Assembly (NCBI GenBank): GCA_047284725.1
Contig: JBJBEO010000001.1
Coordinates: forward strand, 856,203-920,202
Direction: 5' to 3'
Length of the DNA: 64,000 nucleotides
Source of the DNA: Synechococcus sp.
GTDB lineage: Bacteria; Cyanobacteriota; Cyanobacteriia; PCC-6307; Cyanobiaceae
How positions within the stretch are numbered: the stretch's first letter is position 1; every line of letters starts with the position of its first letter. Made by a program: the position numbers and the translations under genes. Positions 1 through 10,609 of the stretch are shown here, piece by piece. The notes under the pieces were generated by a model. It was not told where the DNA came from. It did not search any database and saw only the letters and a list, made by a program, of their open reading frames with translations.

Positions 1-874
1 TCGCTGAGACGCCGCTTTCCAGCAGGGCGCGGATCGTGGTGAAGTTGCCCAGGGATTTGCTCATTTTTTCTCCGCCCACATTCACCATGCCGTTGTGGAG
101 CCACACGCGGGCAAGATCGGTGCCGGTGGCGGCCTCCGACTGGGCGATTTCATTTTCGTGATGGGGGAACACCAGATCGGCGCCACCGAGGTGAATGTCG
201 ATGGTGTCGCCCAGTTCCTCGCGCACCATCGCTGAGCATTCGATGTGCCAGCCGGGGCGCCCTTCACCCCAGGGAGAGGCGAAGCTCGTTTCACCGGGTT
301 TGGCGCTTTTCCAGAGGGCGAAATCAAAGGGATGCTGTTTCCGCGCTTCCTCCGCATCGGCGACGCGGCCGTCCGCGTTGGTTTGCTGCTCGCTCAGGTC
401 GCGGCCGCTGAGCTTGCCGTAACCCGCATGTTTCATCACCGCGAAATAGACATCGCCATCGGCGGAATACGCCGCGCCTTTCGCTTCAAGTTCACTGATC
501 AGAGAGCGAATGCCATCGAGGCAGCGGGTCGCCCTGGGCATTCGATCCGGGCGCAGAATTCCCAGCGCATCCATGTCGGTATGGAAGGCCTCGATGTTGC
601 GCTCGCTCACCGCCTCCATCGAGCTGTTCTCCTCGGCAGCGCGTTTGAGGATCTTGTCGTCGATGTCGGTGAAGTTCTGCACGAAGGTCACCGCGTAGCC
701 ACGCCAGATCAGGTAACGGCGCAACACATCCCAGTTGATGTAACTGCGGGCGTGCCCGAGGTGGCACAGGTCGTAGACCGTGACGCCGCAGCAGTAGATG
801 CTCACCTGCCCCTCCTTCAGGGGCTGAAACGGTTCCGTGCGGCGGGTGAGCGTGTTGGTGAACCGCAGGGACAC
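1..874 (-). CDS. cysS: cysteinyl-tRNA synthetase (3' end outside window)
   Basis: Hand translation from GTG at 874: [12 protein letters not shown]...[17 protein letters not shown] (HIGH-type), [38 protein letters not shown]. Not in the ORF track because it runs off the edge. Confidence 0.97.
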   Translation of the reverse strand, partial: MSLRFTNTLTRRTEPFQPLKEGQVSIYCCGVTVYDLCHLGHARSYINWDVLRRYLIWRGYAVTFVQNFTDIDDKILKRAAEENSSMEAVSERNIEAFHTDMDALGILRPDRMPRATRCLDGIRSLISELEAKGAAYSADGDVYFAVMKHAGYGKLSGRDLSEQQTNADGRVADAEEARKQHPFDFALWKSAKPGETSFASPWGEGRPGWHIECSAMVREELGDTIDIHLGGADLVFPHHENEIAQSEAATGTDLARVWLHNGMVNVGGEKMSKSLGNFTTIRALLESGVSA

Positions 875-916
875 AGGGATTGATCAGGCGCTGCCGGCGA
901 GGTTACGGCGACGCCC

Positions 917-3900
917 CTACTTGGCTTCCATCCAGTTGTTGCCGCAGCCTGTTTCCACCACGAGGGGAACGCTCAGCTGAAGGGCATGCTCCATCGTCTG
1001 CACCACCAGTGTCCGAACCTCGTCGTGGGCAGCGGGGTCGACTTCGAGCACGAGTTCATCGTGTACCTGCAGCAGCAGCCGAGCCGGCAGCGCCTTTTGT
1101 TCAAGGGTCGTCTGGAGCTGCACCATCGCCAGCTTGATGATGTCGGCGCTGGAGCCCTGAATCGGTGCATTGGCGGCCGCCCGCAGTTGCTGCGCTTCCA
1201 TGCCACCGCGACGGGCCACATCGAGATCGATCTCCAGTGGGTCTTTGCCGAGCAGACGACCGAGACCATTGCGATCGAAATGGAAGGGCCGGCGGCGGCC
1301 AAGGATGGTTTCCACGTAGCCCTGGCTCAGTGCCAGGCGCTCCTGCAGTTCCAGGAAGGCAAACACGTTCGGGTAGCGCTGTTTGTATTTGGCGAGAAAC
1401 TCCTTGGCTTCCGCCTGACTGACGCCGGTTTCACGGGCGAAACGTTGGGCGCCCATCCCGTAGATCACACCGAAATTGATGGTTTTGCCCAGGCGCCGTT
1501 CATCGCTGCTCACGTCGTCTTTGTCGAGCAGTAAACGGGCTGTGAGGGCATGCACGTCCTCGCCGCTTTGATACGCCTGTTGGAGCACCTCTTCGCCGGA
1601 GAGATGGGTGAGGATGCGCAGCTCGATCTGGGAGTAATCGGCGCTCAGCAGTTGCCAGCCTTCCTGCGGCAGAAAAGCTTTGCGGATGCGGCGCGAAAAC
1701 TCCGTGCGCACGGGGATGTTCTGCAGGTTGGGGTTGCTGCTGCTGAGGCGGCCGGTGGCGGTCACCGCCTGGTTGAAATCGGTGTGCACCCGGCCCGTTT
1801 CGGCTTCCACCAGCTGGGGGAGGGCGTCCACGTACGTGCTCTTGAGCTTGCTCAGGACCCGATGCTCCAACAGCAAGGGCACCACGGGGTGGTCGCCCTC
1901 CAGTTTTTCCAGCACCGTGGCGTCGGTGCTCCAGCCGGTTTTGGTGCGCCGCGACTTCTTGCGATTGAGGCCGAGCGTGTCGAACAGCACCTCGCCCAAT
2001 TGTTTGGGCGAGGCGAGGTTGAAGCTGGTGCCTGCCACCTCCTGGGCTTCGGTTTCGAGACGCTCGAGCGTGGCACTCAGTTCTGCAGAGAGCGCGTTGA
2101 GATAGGGGACATCAATGCGGATCCCGGTTGCTTCCATCACGGCAAGCACCGGTTCCAGCGGCAGTTCCACCTGTTCCAGCAAGGCCGGTAGCCGCTCACC
2201 CATGCCATGGAGTTGGTGGTGCAGATCAAGAGCCAGGCGGCGGGTGAGATGCACATCCATGGCGCAGTAAAGCGCCGCTTGCGGGATCGGCACTTCAGCA
2301 AAATTGCTGGCTTTTCCGTCTTTGGCTTTGCCCACCAAATCGCTGAACAGGGTCGGCGTGATGCCGTACTCCCGCTCGGCCATCAGATCAAGGCTGTGTT
2401 TGGCCGCGGCATCCCGGAGGTAATCCGCCAGCAGGGTGTCCATCACCACCCCGGCGAGCATCAATCCATGACGGAGCAGGATCAGACGGTCGTACTTGGC
2501 GTTTTGAAGCGCCTTTGGGTGGTCTGCGCTGGCAAGCCAGGGGGCGAGCGCTTGCAGCACGGTCTCCAAGGCAAGCTGCTGACCTGGTGTCGGCGAGTCG
2601 TCGGATGCCGCTGCGTCGGAGGCGAGCGGTTCCTGGTCATCCCTGTGCCGGTGCCCGACGGGGAGGTATGCCAACTCAGTGCTCCCCGAACCCCAGCAGA
2701 CCCCCAGCCCCACCAGCTGAGCTCTGAATGGGTTGAGATCGGTGGTTTCGGTGTCGATGGCCACCGGTTGCTGGCGATCGCGGCATTGCTCCAACCGCTC
2801 CACCAGACCCTGAAGTTGATCGGTCGTCGTGATCACTTGCGGTTGCAACTGTGGCAGCGTCGGGCCTGATGGCGCGGCTGCATCGTCGACAACAGCGGCG
2901 TCGTTCTGGCTGGAGCTGGACTTGGATTGGTGCGTGGTGTCGCGCTCCAGCAGATGGCCATTGGCGTTCAGCCCACCCGGGGAGAAGGTGGCCACGAAGG
3001 CGGGAACCTGGCGCACCAGGCTGTTGAGCTCCAGGGCCTGGAGCCGTTCGGTGAGACCGTCGCCATCCACAGGCCCCAGTTCAAGCACGGGCTCCTGCGG
3101 CAGGGGGATATCCACGAGGATCTCGGCTAGCTGACGGGAGAGATAGGCGTTGTCGCGGTCATGGCTGAGCTTGCCCTTGAGCGCACCCTTGATCGCGCCG
3201 CGGCTGGCTTTGGGCCCTTCCTCCTCCACTTCGGCCAGCACCCGGTACACCGAATCCAGGTCTCCGTTCTCCTTCAGAAGGTTGATGGCGGTCTTGGGAC
3301 CGACCCCCTTCACACCAGGGATGTTGTCAGAGCTGTCACCGGTCAGGGCTTTGAGGTCGACGACCGAAGTCGGTGCGACGCCGAGCTTGGCGACGACGCC
3401 CTCTTCTTGAATCAGCGTCGGGCCGCTGCTCCTGGCATAGGGACCACCACCCATGTACATCACAGCGATGTCGCGGGCGTCATCCACGAGTTGAAACAGG
3501 TCGCGGTCGCCGCTGAGGATGCGGACACGCCAGCCTGCATCGGCGGCTCGATTGGCCAGGGTGCCCAGCACGTCATCCGCTTCAAAGCCGGGGGCGAGAC
3601 AGAGGGGCAGCTGCAGCTGTTCCCGCAGAATCTCCTGCAGTTGGTTGAGGTCCTGGAAGAAGACCTCAGGCGCCACATCTCGGTGCGCCTTGTAATTCGG
3701 GTCTGCTTTGTGCCGAAAGGTTGGCTCCGCCGTGTCGAAGGCGATGGCCACCCCTTGAGGGGTCAGGGTTTTGCAATTGTCGAGCAGGGCTTTGAGAAAG
3801 CCGTAGGTCACGCTCGTGGGAATGCCGTCCTTGGTGGCAAGCCCCCCTTCGCCCCCCTTGCTGAAGGCGTAGAAGCTGCGGAAGGCCAACGAGTGGCCGT

Positions 3901-3940
3901 CCACCAGCAGCAGCAGGGGTTTGTCGTTGGGGGTGCTCAT
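917..3940 (-). CDS. polA: DNA polymerase I
   Basis: LLLVDGHSLAFRSF 5'-3' exonuclease, DTETT, TGRLSSSNPNLQNIP, DYSQIELR, QVHDEL. ATG at 3940 preferred to the track start at 4003. Confidence 0.97.
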   Translation of the reverse strand: MSTPNDKPLLLLVDGHSLAFRSFYAFSKGGEGGLATKDGIPTSVTYGFLKALLDNCKTLTPQGVAIAFDTAEPTFRHKADPNYKAHRDVAPEVFFQDLNQLQEILREQLQLPLCLAPGFEADDVLGTLANRAADAGWRVRILSGDRDLFQLVDDARDIAVMYMGGGPYARSSGPTLIQEEGVVAKLGVAPTSVVDLKALTGDSSDNIPGVKGVGPKTAINLLKENGDLDSVYRVLAEVEEEGPKASRGAIKGALKGKLSHDRDNAYLSRQLAEILVDIPLPQEPVLELGPVDGDGLTERLQALELNSLVRQVPAFVATFSPGGLNANGHLLERDTTHQSKSSSSQNDAAVVDDAAAPSGPTLPQLQPQVITTTDQLQGLVERLEQCRDRQQPVAIDTETTDLNPFRAQLVGLGVCWGSGSTELAYLPVGHRHRDDQEPLASDAAASDDSPTPGQQLALETVLQALAPWLASADHPKALQNAKYDRLILLRHGLMLAGVVMDTLLADYLRDAAAKHSLDLMAEREYGITPTLFSDLVGKAKDGKASNFAEVPIPQAALYCAMDVHLTRRLALDLHHQLHGMGERLPALLEQVELPLEPVLAVMEATGIRIDVPYLNALSAELSATLERLETEAQEVAGTSFNLASPKQLGEVLFDTLGLNRKKSRRTKTGWSTDATVLEKLEGDHPVVPLLLEHRVLSKLKSTYVDALPQLVEAETGRVHTDFNQAVTATGRLSSSNPNLQNIPVRTEFSRRIRKAFLPQEGWQLLSADYSQIELRILTHLSGEEVLQQAYQSGEDVHALTARLLLDKDDVSSDERRLGKTINFGVIYGMGAQRFARETGVSQAEAKEFLAKYKQRYPNVFAFLELQERLALSQGYVETILGRRRPFHFDRNGLGRLLGKDPLEIDLDVARRGGMEAQQLRAAANAPIQGSSADIIKLAMVQLQTTLEQKALPARLLLQVHDELVLEVDPAAHDEVRTLVVQTMEHALQLSVPLVVETGCGNNWMEAK

Positions 3941-3981
3941 CGCTGAAGGGTGATGACGCAGCAGCCTCTCAGGCTGACAGC

Positions 3982-5157
3982 TCAGTCGCGTTGTTTCGCC
4001 CAAGGCGGCAGATCGATGAACACGGGCGTGCCGGATTGGAGGCCATTGACGATCGCCGTCTGACTGCCACTGCTGGAACCCAGTTCCACCGCCTGAAAGC
4101 TGGGTTGATTGTTGTCGCCCACCAGCAGAACACCTGGTTGGCCGTTCTCTGTGACGATCGCCACGGTGGGCACAAGCGTGCTTGCGGGCGTTCGTCCTGT
4201 CTGGAAGTCGACATCCACGGTCATGCCGATGCGAAGGTCAGAGGTGGCATTGACAAGGTCGAGTTCCACCTCAAAGGAGGTGACATTGTCAGTTTTGATC
4301 GCACGAGGGGCGATTTCCCGGACCTTGGCTTCGAAGCGTTGATCCGGGAACGCGTCGACGCGCACCATCGCTGTCTGGCCGACGCGGATGCGGCCGATGT
4401 CGCTCTCCGGCACCTTGGCCGCCACCTCAAGCCCCTCGGACAGTTCAACGATGGAAGAGCTGGTGGCGCCAGCGGTGGCAGAGGCGGTGGTGGTGGGCGT
4501 CACAAAAGCACCAGGCTCGGCAAAACGCTCGGTGACCAGTCCCGCAAAGGGCGCACGGATCAGGAGGTCGCTGCCTTCCACTCCCCGTTGCTCGATCCGT
4601 TCGTTCGCAGCGGTTAACGCGGCTTTGCTGGAGAGATAACGGGCTTTGTAGTCGTCGAGCTCGGCGGCGCTGATGGCGCCGCGGTCAAACAAGGTCTGGC
4701 GACGCTGGTAATCAGCCTGGCGGGCGTCGTAATCGGCCTGGGCCTGACGCCGCAGAGCTTCGAGTTCATCCAGCCGGTCGCGGAAATCTCCGGGGTCCAT
4801 GCGGGCCAGCAACTGCCCCTGAACCACCGCATCACCCTCATTCACCAGCAGGCTCTGCAGCAAGCCCTGCCGTTTGGGACTCACGTTGACACGCCTGACG
4901 GCCTCGAGCTCACCGCTCGCGGTGATCACCCCAGGAAGCGAGCCGTTTTCCGCCTTCACGGTGTAAGCGCTGACATCACGTGAGCCGTTGCGACCTGGCC
5001 CGAGCATCCAGATCGCTCCTCCGCCCACCACCAGGACAGCACCAGCGATCCACGCCCATGTGCGGCGGCGGCGGCGGCGTTGAAGACTGAGCTGGCGCAA
5101 AGCCGTCACGGTCCCGTCCGTGACTTGGGCAGGGCGCTGGCGGGTTGATGGGGCCAT
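3982..5157 (-). CDS. RND/ABC efflux periplasmic adaptor (membrane fusion protein)
   Basis: N-terminal TM helix, lipoyl-like halves (VNEGDAVVQGQLLA; IRAPFAGLV), coiled coil, VPESDIGRIRVGQ. Confidence 0.9.
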   Translation of the reverse strand: MAPSTRQRPAQVTDGTVTALRQLSLQRRRRRRTWAWIAGAVLVVGGGAIWMLGPGRNGSRDVSAYTVKAENGSLPGVITASGELEAVRRVNVSPKRQGLLQSLLVNEGDAVVQGQLLARMDPGDFRDRLDELEALRRQAQADYDARQADYQRRQTLFDRGAISAAELDDYKARYLSSKAALTAANERIEQRGVEGSDLLIRAPFAGLVTERFAEPGAFVTPTTTASATAGATSSSIVELSEGLEVAAKVPESDIGRIRVGQTAMVRVDAFPDQRFEAKVREIAPRAIKTDNVTSFEVELDLVNATSDLRIGMTVDVDFQTGRTPASTLVPTVAIVTENGQPGVLLVGDNNQPSFQAVELGSSSGSQTAIVNGLQSGTPVFIDLPPWAKQRD

Positions 5158-5260
5158 GGCCCTGGCTCCTTCATTGTTCTCAACAGTCTCGCGCGTCGAA
5201 GGCCCTGGTTGCGGTCAGGTGTGCAGATCCATCGAGTGCGACCCCAGGTAGATTCCCGCG

Positions 5261-6352
5261 ATGCTTAAAGCCGGAATCGTTGGCCTCCCCAACGTTGGGA
5301 AGTCGACCCTCTTCAACGCCCTGGTCGCCAACGCACAGGCCCAGGCCGCCAATTTTCCCTTCTGCACCATTGAGCCCAATGTCGGCACGGTGGCTGTGCC
5401 TGATGATCGCTTGCAGAAACTGTCGGATCTGAGCAACAGCCGGGAGCTCATCCCCACCCGGATGGAATTTGTTGATATCGCTGGCTTGGTGAAAGGTGCC
5501 AGTCAGGGCGAAGGTCTGGGCAACAAATTCCTGGCAAACATTCGCGAAGTCGACGCCATTGTGCATGTGGTGCGCTGTTTTGAAGACGACGATGTGATTC
5601 ATGTTTCAGGCGCTGTGGGCCCCGCCCGTGATGCCGAGGTGATCAACCTTGAGCTTGGTCTGGCGGATCTGGCCCAGATCGAAAAGCGCCGTGAGCGCCT
5701 CAAGAAACAGATGCGCACCAGCAAAGAGGCGCAGGTGGAGGATGCGGCCCTCGAGCGCATTCAAGAAGTGCTGGAGCAAGGTGGCGCGGCTCGCAGTGTG
5801 GAGCTGAGTGATGAAGAGATGGGACTGATCAAGCCCCTTGGATTGCTCACGGCGAAGCCGATCATTTATGCCACCAATGTCAGTGAAGACGATCTGGCCT
5901 CCGGCAATTCCTACTGCGAGGAAGTGCTGGCCCTGGCCGAGAAAGAGGGGGCTGAAACCGTCCGCATTTCCGCTCAGGTGGAAGCGGAGTTGATCGAGCT
6001 CGGCGATGACGAGCGTGCTGATTACCTGGAAGGTCTTGGCGTGAGCGAAGGAGGTCTGCAGAGTTTGATTCGGGCAACCTATCGGTTGTTAGGGCTTCGC
6101 ACATACTTCACCACTGGCGAGAAGGAAACCCGTGCCTGGACCTTCCGAGCGGGCATGACTGCTCCGCAGACGGCTGGAGTGATTCACACCGACTTCGAAC
6201 GTGGCTTCATTCGTGCTCAGACCATCGGCTGGGAGAAACTCCTGGAAGCAGGATCGTTGGCTGAAGCACGCAACAAAGGTTGGCTGCGCAGTGAAGGCAA
6301 GGAGTACGTCGTTGAAGAGGGCGACGTGATGGAGTTTCTGTTCAACGTCTGA
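5261..6352 (+). CDS. ychF: redox-regulated ATPase YchF
   Basis: [47 protein letters not shown]-terminal TGS domain. Confidence 0.98.
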   Translation: MLKAGIVGLPNVGKSTLFNALVANAQAQAANFPFCTIEPNVGTVAVPDDRLQKLSDLSNSRELIPTRMEFVDIAGLVKGASQGEGLGNKFLANIREVDAIVHVVRCFEDDDVIHVSGAVGPARDAEVINLELGLADLAQIEKRRERLKKQMRTSKEAQVEDAALERIQEVLEQGGAARSVELSDEEMGLIKPLGLLTAKPIIYATNVSEDDLASGNSYCEEVLALAEKEGAETVRISAQVEAELIELGDDERADYLEGLGVSEGGLQSLIRATYRLLGLRTYFTTGEKETRAWTFRAGMTAPQTAGVIHTDFERGFIRAQTIGWEKLLEAGSLAEARNKGWLRSEGKEYVVEEGDVMEFLFNV

Positions 6353-6781
6353 ATCAGGGGCGTTGAGGGAAGCGATGGCTGGACTGCTGCTGTGGCGTAA
6401 GAGCTGCGGCGATCCCGATCAGATCAGGTCTTTGGCACTGCTTCCGATCTCAGCTGGCGGCTGCCGGGAGTCTTGCTCTGAGGTCCAATCGGCCCAGGGC
6501 TTCCAGGCTGGCTCTGTGGCTGGTACGGCCGCTTCCACCAAGGCATTGTCCGTCCAGTAGTCGGGGGACTCGAGGATGCCGAGATGCAAGAGACAGGCTG
6601 GTCCAGTCGACACGACTGAGGTCTACAGATTTTCTTCAGCATGGCCTGGCTCATCGCTCCGTGGCAACCTCTGGCGATCAGGTCGGACGAGCCTCTGATT
6701 CGGTCAAGCCGATTGTCTGATCCCATTACGGCTCACTGTCTGAACACACGCCGCAGCCCGTTGCTTGAGCGCTTGCTCTGT

Positions 6782-7021
6782 TTATTGGGGGGTGTTGTTG
6801 AGGTTGGCCCGATAGGTTTTGCAGTGATAGGACGAGTGTTTGACGCGCGTGTTGGCGTTGTTGGCACAGTTGAAACCTTCCCTGAATGAGGCACGCTTGG
6901 CCTCATCCAGTTGCGCAATGCCCAGCACTCCAAGCGCAATCAGCACCACTAACGCAATCCCCGCACCAGTGCCTTGGGGGTAAAGCCTCGGAAGTGTTGG
7001 CTGACGCACGTTCTTGGGCAT
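6782..7021 (-). CDS. small hypothetical membrane protein
   Basis: 79-aa ORF with ATG start and one hydrophobic helix (GIALVVLIALGVLGIA). Confidence 0.45.
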   Translation of the reverse strand: MPKNVRQPTLPRLYPQGTGAGIALVVLIALGVLGIAQLDEAKRASFREGFNCANNANTRVKHSSYHCKTYRANLNNTPQ

Positions 7022-7090
7022 GGGCAGAGTGGTTGTGACGTCTGGAGTGTGATGAACGTCTGAATTACTTCAACTGAACCGCAGGCTCCA

Positions 7091-7453
7091 TCACCATGTC
7101 GCCTTTTTGAGCGATTGATAGGTCTTCCATGTCAGGTCATTGTCGAGGCCTGCCACACCAAGAACGGTGACACCCATTTTTTGATCGCACTCAATTTCCA
7201 CGGATAAATACTCATTGGTGCTGTATCCGGACACCTTGCCGACTCGGTGCTTTGTTGAAAGGGTGTCGTCGTAGAACGAATCAATTCCCTCTTTCTGGAT
7301 TGCTTTTTTTGCTCCCGCAAGGCAATCCTCCACCTTGCCGCCGTGGGAGAAGGAGGTGACATACAGAAACGGTTTGGCGTTCACTGCGGGGGCGACTGCG
7401 AGCAGCACGGTGAACAGTGCACCCGTGGTGACGGTCAGTTTTGATTGGAACAT
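7091..7453 (-). CDS. hypothetical secreted protein
   Basis: ATG at 7453; signal-peptide-like MFQSKLTVTTGALFTVLLAVAPAVNA; two Cys in the mature part. Confidence 0.65.
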   Translation of the reverse strand: MFQSKLTVTTGALFTVLLAVAPAVNAKPFLYVTSFSHGGKVEDCLAGAKKAIQKEGIDSFYDDTLSTKHRVGKVSGYSTNEYLSVEIECDQKMGVTVLGVAGLDNDLTWKTYQSLKKATW

Positions 7454-7571
7454 CGCACCTGGGTGAAAACGCTTGAGCACCGTTGAGGGCATGGGATGGT
7501 CGTCGAGCTTGGGAATTGTCGCTCACCTTCAGACCACGGTCTTGGCGTCATCCCGCACGTTGAAGCCTGCA

Positions 7572-8948
7572 CTACCTCCTCCGCGGCTGTTGACGCGATC
7601 CCACAGGATCGCTCGATTCTTCAGGGATCCCCCCAGCCCCAAGGCTGGGTTCATCAAGCGAAGCTTGCAAAGGAAGAGCAGCGAGACCTGCCGTGTAGCG
7701 CGGTCGTACGCCATCGAGCAGAGGCAGGCTGAACAGGCAAAGGGCTGCCATCAGTAACCACAGCAAAAGACCGTGCCCTTGACTGTCAAGCAATGCGCCA
7801 GCCACCAGTGGTGCCCCGGTGGCACTGATGGCAAAGCATTGCGAGAACAACGCCATGGCGACCCCTCGATGCTCCAGAGGCGTTTCTTCAACCATGGCCT
7901 CTGCCGCTGTCGGTAGGAAGGCGGCTTTGCCGAAGGCCATTGGCAGCACTGCCAAAGCAATCAGGCTGACGCCACCACTCCAGAGGGCTGAGCACGCCAA
8001 AAGCACGCAGCCCGCAGCAAAGCTGCACAGGCCAATGCCCAATCCAAAGCGCAGGCTGCGTTGGGAGACCCAGTTCCCGACGGGCCACTGGAGCACCACC
8101 AGCCAGCCCAGTTCAAGGGCAAGAAGGGCGCCGCTCCAGGCTTCACTCAACGCGGGCCGTTCCAGGCCTCCGCGCACCAGATCGAGCGGCAGGGCACTTT
8201 GCAGCAGGGAGATCATTCCTGTCGCCACGATGCTCACCGCCAGGACGGGCACGAGTGGCACAAGCCACTGGAAACGTTGATGTGGTTCGGGCCGACGCGT
8301 CTGCTCTGCACCAACGGCATCCAGGTCTTGGTCGGTGATCAACGCCCGCCGTCCGTCGGGGAGCGGGCGCCAGGCCAGCACCACCAGCATGGTGAGGACG
8401 GCCATGGCCTCCACGACATACACCGCGCGAATCACGCCAAGAGCGGCCAGCAGTGCTCCACCCAGGGCACCGATGGCCACCCCGAAGGCATCGGCGCTGC
8501 GGGCCAGGGCATAGCCGCGGCTTGATGGACATCCGCCGCTGCTGAGGGGAACAGCCAATTCAATGGCTGGAAAATAGAGCCCTGCTGCAATGCCGATCAG
8601 CATCTGGCCGCAGAGGTAGCCGCTGAAGCTGGAGCTGGGCAGCAGCACCAGATCAGCCAGCAGTGCCAACACGGCCGCCGCGCGAACAGGCCAGGAGCAA
8701 CTCAGCCCTCGATCGAGCAGAACGCCGCAGAGCAGACGCACCACAGTGCCCACCAAGGCTGCCGCTGCCAGACCTTGTCCCACCTGGCTGGCGCTCAGGT
8801 CGACATGGTGAAAGATGATCGGGGTCATATAGATGACGCCACCCGCTCCGATCGAAGCGAGCAGACGGATCCACGCCACTTCCTGCAGCGCTGCGGGAAA
8901 CTGGTTCCACCAGTTCAAGGGCCTTGGCCTTGCGACGACGACGCTCAA
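7572..8948 (-). CDS. MFS transporter
   Basis: About 12 hydrophobic segments in two halves; ETPLEHRGVAMALFS MFS-type motif. Start uncertain (TTG at 8948 chosen). Confidence 0.85.
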   Translation of the reverse strand: MSVVVARPRPLNWWNQFPAALQEVAWIRLLASIGAGGVIYMTPIIFHHVDLSASQVGQGLAAAALVGTVVRLLCGVLLDRGLSCSWPVRAAAVLALLADLVLLPSSSFSGYLCGQMLIGIAAGLYFPAIELAVPLSSGGCPSSRGYALARSADAFGVAIGALGGALLAALGVIRAVYVVEAMAVLTMLVVLAWRPLPDGRRALITDQDLDAVGAEQTRRPEPHQRFQWLVPLVPVLAVSIVATGMISLLQSALPLDLVRGGLERPALSEAWSGALLALELGWLVVLQWPVGNWVSQRSLRFGLGIGLCSFAAGCVLLACSALWSGGVSLIALAVLPMAFGKAAFLPTAAEAMVEETPLEHRGVAMALFSQCFAISATGAPLVAGALLDSQGHGLLLWLLMAALCLFSLPLLDGVRPRYTAGLAALPLQASLDEPSLGAGGIPEESSDPVGSRQQPRRR

Positions 8949-10579
8949 CAGGACGACCCACGCGTTGGTGGGCGGAGAAGGGAGTGGTGTGCAGTCTGGT
9001 GGTTTCGTTGCTGACACCGCTGACGGCCCCCGCCTCCTTGCGGGCTGCTGAACAGCTGGAGGTGAGCATCGATGGGGTTGTGATCCCTGTTGAAATCAAC
9101 GATTTGCTCGCCTGGGCTCGTTCGGATGGGGAGTCCAACACTGAATTGGGAATCTGGCTGGATCTGATGGACCCAGCCAGCAGAAAGGGCATGCTTGAGC
9201 TGCTGCAGGCACCGTTGATCACGGATCGCAGCATGGCCCGTCAGATGCTGAAGAGTTGGGCCGGCCGGCGGCTGGTGGATGAAGTGGCCGACCTGGTGCA
9301 GGTCGATGACGACACGGTGGGCGTCACGGTGCTCAATACGCTCGAGCGCTTGCTCAACCGTCAGCCGCAGGTCAACAGCCTGGATCTGCTCGAAGCGTTG
9401 CCCGCCGAACGCGTGCGCCTCGATCTCGACGGCCTGGTGGATGCGGCCGATCAATGGCGCCAGCAACTCCAGCAGCAGCAGGCCCTGGTGCGGCGGCTCG
9501 ATCGGATCCCCATCAAGGTCGCCGATCCGGCCCTTGCAGTTGTTTCAGAGCAGGGGTCCGTCGCACAACCGGAGCAGCAGCTCTTGCCTGTGCTCCATCG
9601 CCGGCGACCGTTGCAGCTTCAGCTCTGGCAACCCACCCAGGGGATGCGTTCCCGTCTAGGCCATCAGCGACGCACCTGGATTGTGCTGATGCCCGGGTTG
9701 GGCGGAAGCCCCGACCATTTCCGCTGGCTTGGACGCCTCTTGCGTGCCAATGGCTGGCCCGTGGTGGTGCTCGAGCATCCCGGCAGCGATGCCGAAGCGG
9801 TGGATGCCTGGTTGCAGGGGAAAAGGCCTCCCCCGGGAGCAGAGGTGCTGCCCGATCGCCTCAAGGATCTCGACGCCGTTCTCGAGGCCAAGGCCTCTGG
9901 GGTGCTGCCTGTGGAGGGTGAGCGGTTGGTGCTGATCGGCCATTCCCTTGGTTCGCTCACCGCCTTGCTGGCCAGTGGACTGCGGCCTCGGTCGGGCCTG
10001 GATTGGCGATGTCAAAGGGCTCTTGATGACCTTCCCCTCAGCAATCTCTCCCGTTTGCTGCAGTGTCAGTTGACGGCCGTGAGCCTTCCCGAGAGCAAGG
10101 CCCCGGCTCAACTGGCGGGGGTGGTGGGCATGAACAGTTTCGGCAGCCTGCTCTGGCCGCGAAGGCGGCCTCAGCCCCTGCCCGTTCCGGCACTGTTCAC
10201 CGGAGGCACCCTCGATCTGATCACCCCGCCTCTGCAGGAGCAGCTGGAGCTCCTGCTGGCCACTGCGCCACAGCCCGGCAGTGCTGCGGTCCTGGTGGCA
10301 GGCGCGAGCCACTTCTCTCCGATCCGTGTGGAGGGGCAGGACGGCGACGGCCAGGGGGATGATCTCTTCCGGCTAGGGGAGGAGCTGGTGGGGGTGCAGC
10401 CGCTTGAGGTGCAGGCCTTGCTGGCCGACGAAATCGTGTCCTTTCTGGAAAGGATCGAGGCCAACAGCATGGCTTCAGAGCCTTTGGCTGCGGACGTTGG
10501 CCATCTCCATCGTCAGGTGGGCGAGCTGCATGTGCACCGCATCGATGCGAGCGCTGCGGCCGGGTTGATCAGTGAGTAG
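8924..10579 (+). CDS. alpha/beta hydrolase with DUF1400-like N-terminal domain
   Basis: MPGLGG oxyanion region, GHSLG nucleophile elbow, GASHFS. Start may lie further downstream. Confidence 0.85.
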   Translation: MALRRRRSTGRPTRWWAEKGVVCSLVVSLLTPLTAPASLRAAEQLEVSIDGVVIPVEINDLLAWARSDGESNTELGIWLDLMDPASRKGMLELLQAPLITDRSMARQMLKSWAGRRLVDEVADLVQVDDDTVGVTVLNTLERLLNRQPQVNSLDLLEALPAERVRLDLDGLVDAADQWRQQLQQQQALVRRLDRIPIKVADPALAVVSEQGSVAQPEQQLLPVLHRRRPLQLQLWQPTQGMRSRLGHQRRTWIVLMPGLGGSPDHFRWLGRLLRANGWPVVVLEHPGSDAEAVDAWLQGKRPPPGAEVLPDRLKDLDAVLEAKASGVLPVEGERLVLIGHSLGSLTALLASGLRPRSGLDWRCQRALDDLPLSNLSRLLQCQLTAVSLPESKAPAQLAGVVGMNSFGSLLWPRRRPQPLPVPALFTGGTLDLITPPLQEQLELLLATAPQPGSAAVLVAGASHFSPIRVEGQDGDGQGDDLFRLGEELVGVQPLEVQALLADEIVSFLERIEANSMASEPLAADVGHLHRQVGELHVHRIDASAAAGLISE

Positions 10580-10609
10580 GGCCTTGTCGACGACGTCCTT
10601 GTGAGGAGC

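Noticed and set aside
6419..6726. Overlapping short minus-strand ORFs after ychF
   Set aside because: Two competing frames, no motif or clear start signal; neither can be supported.
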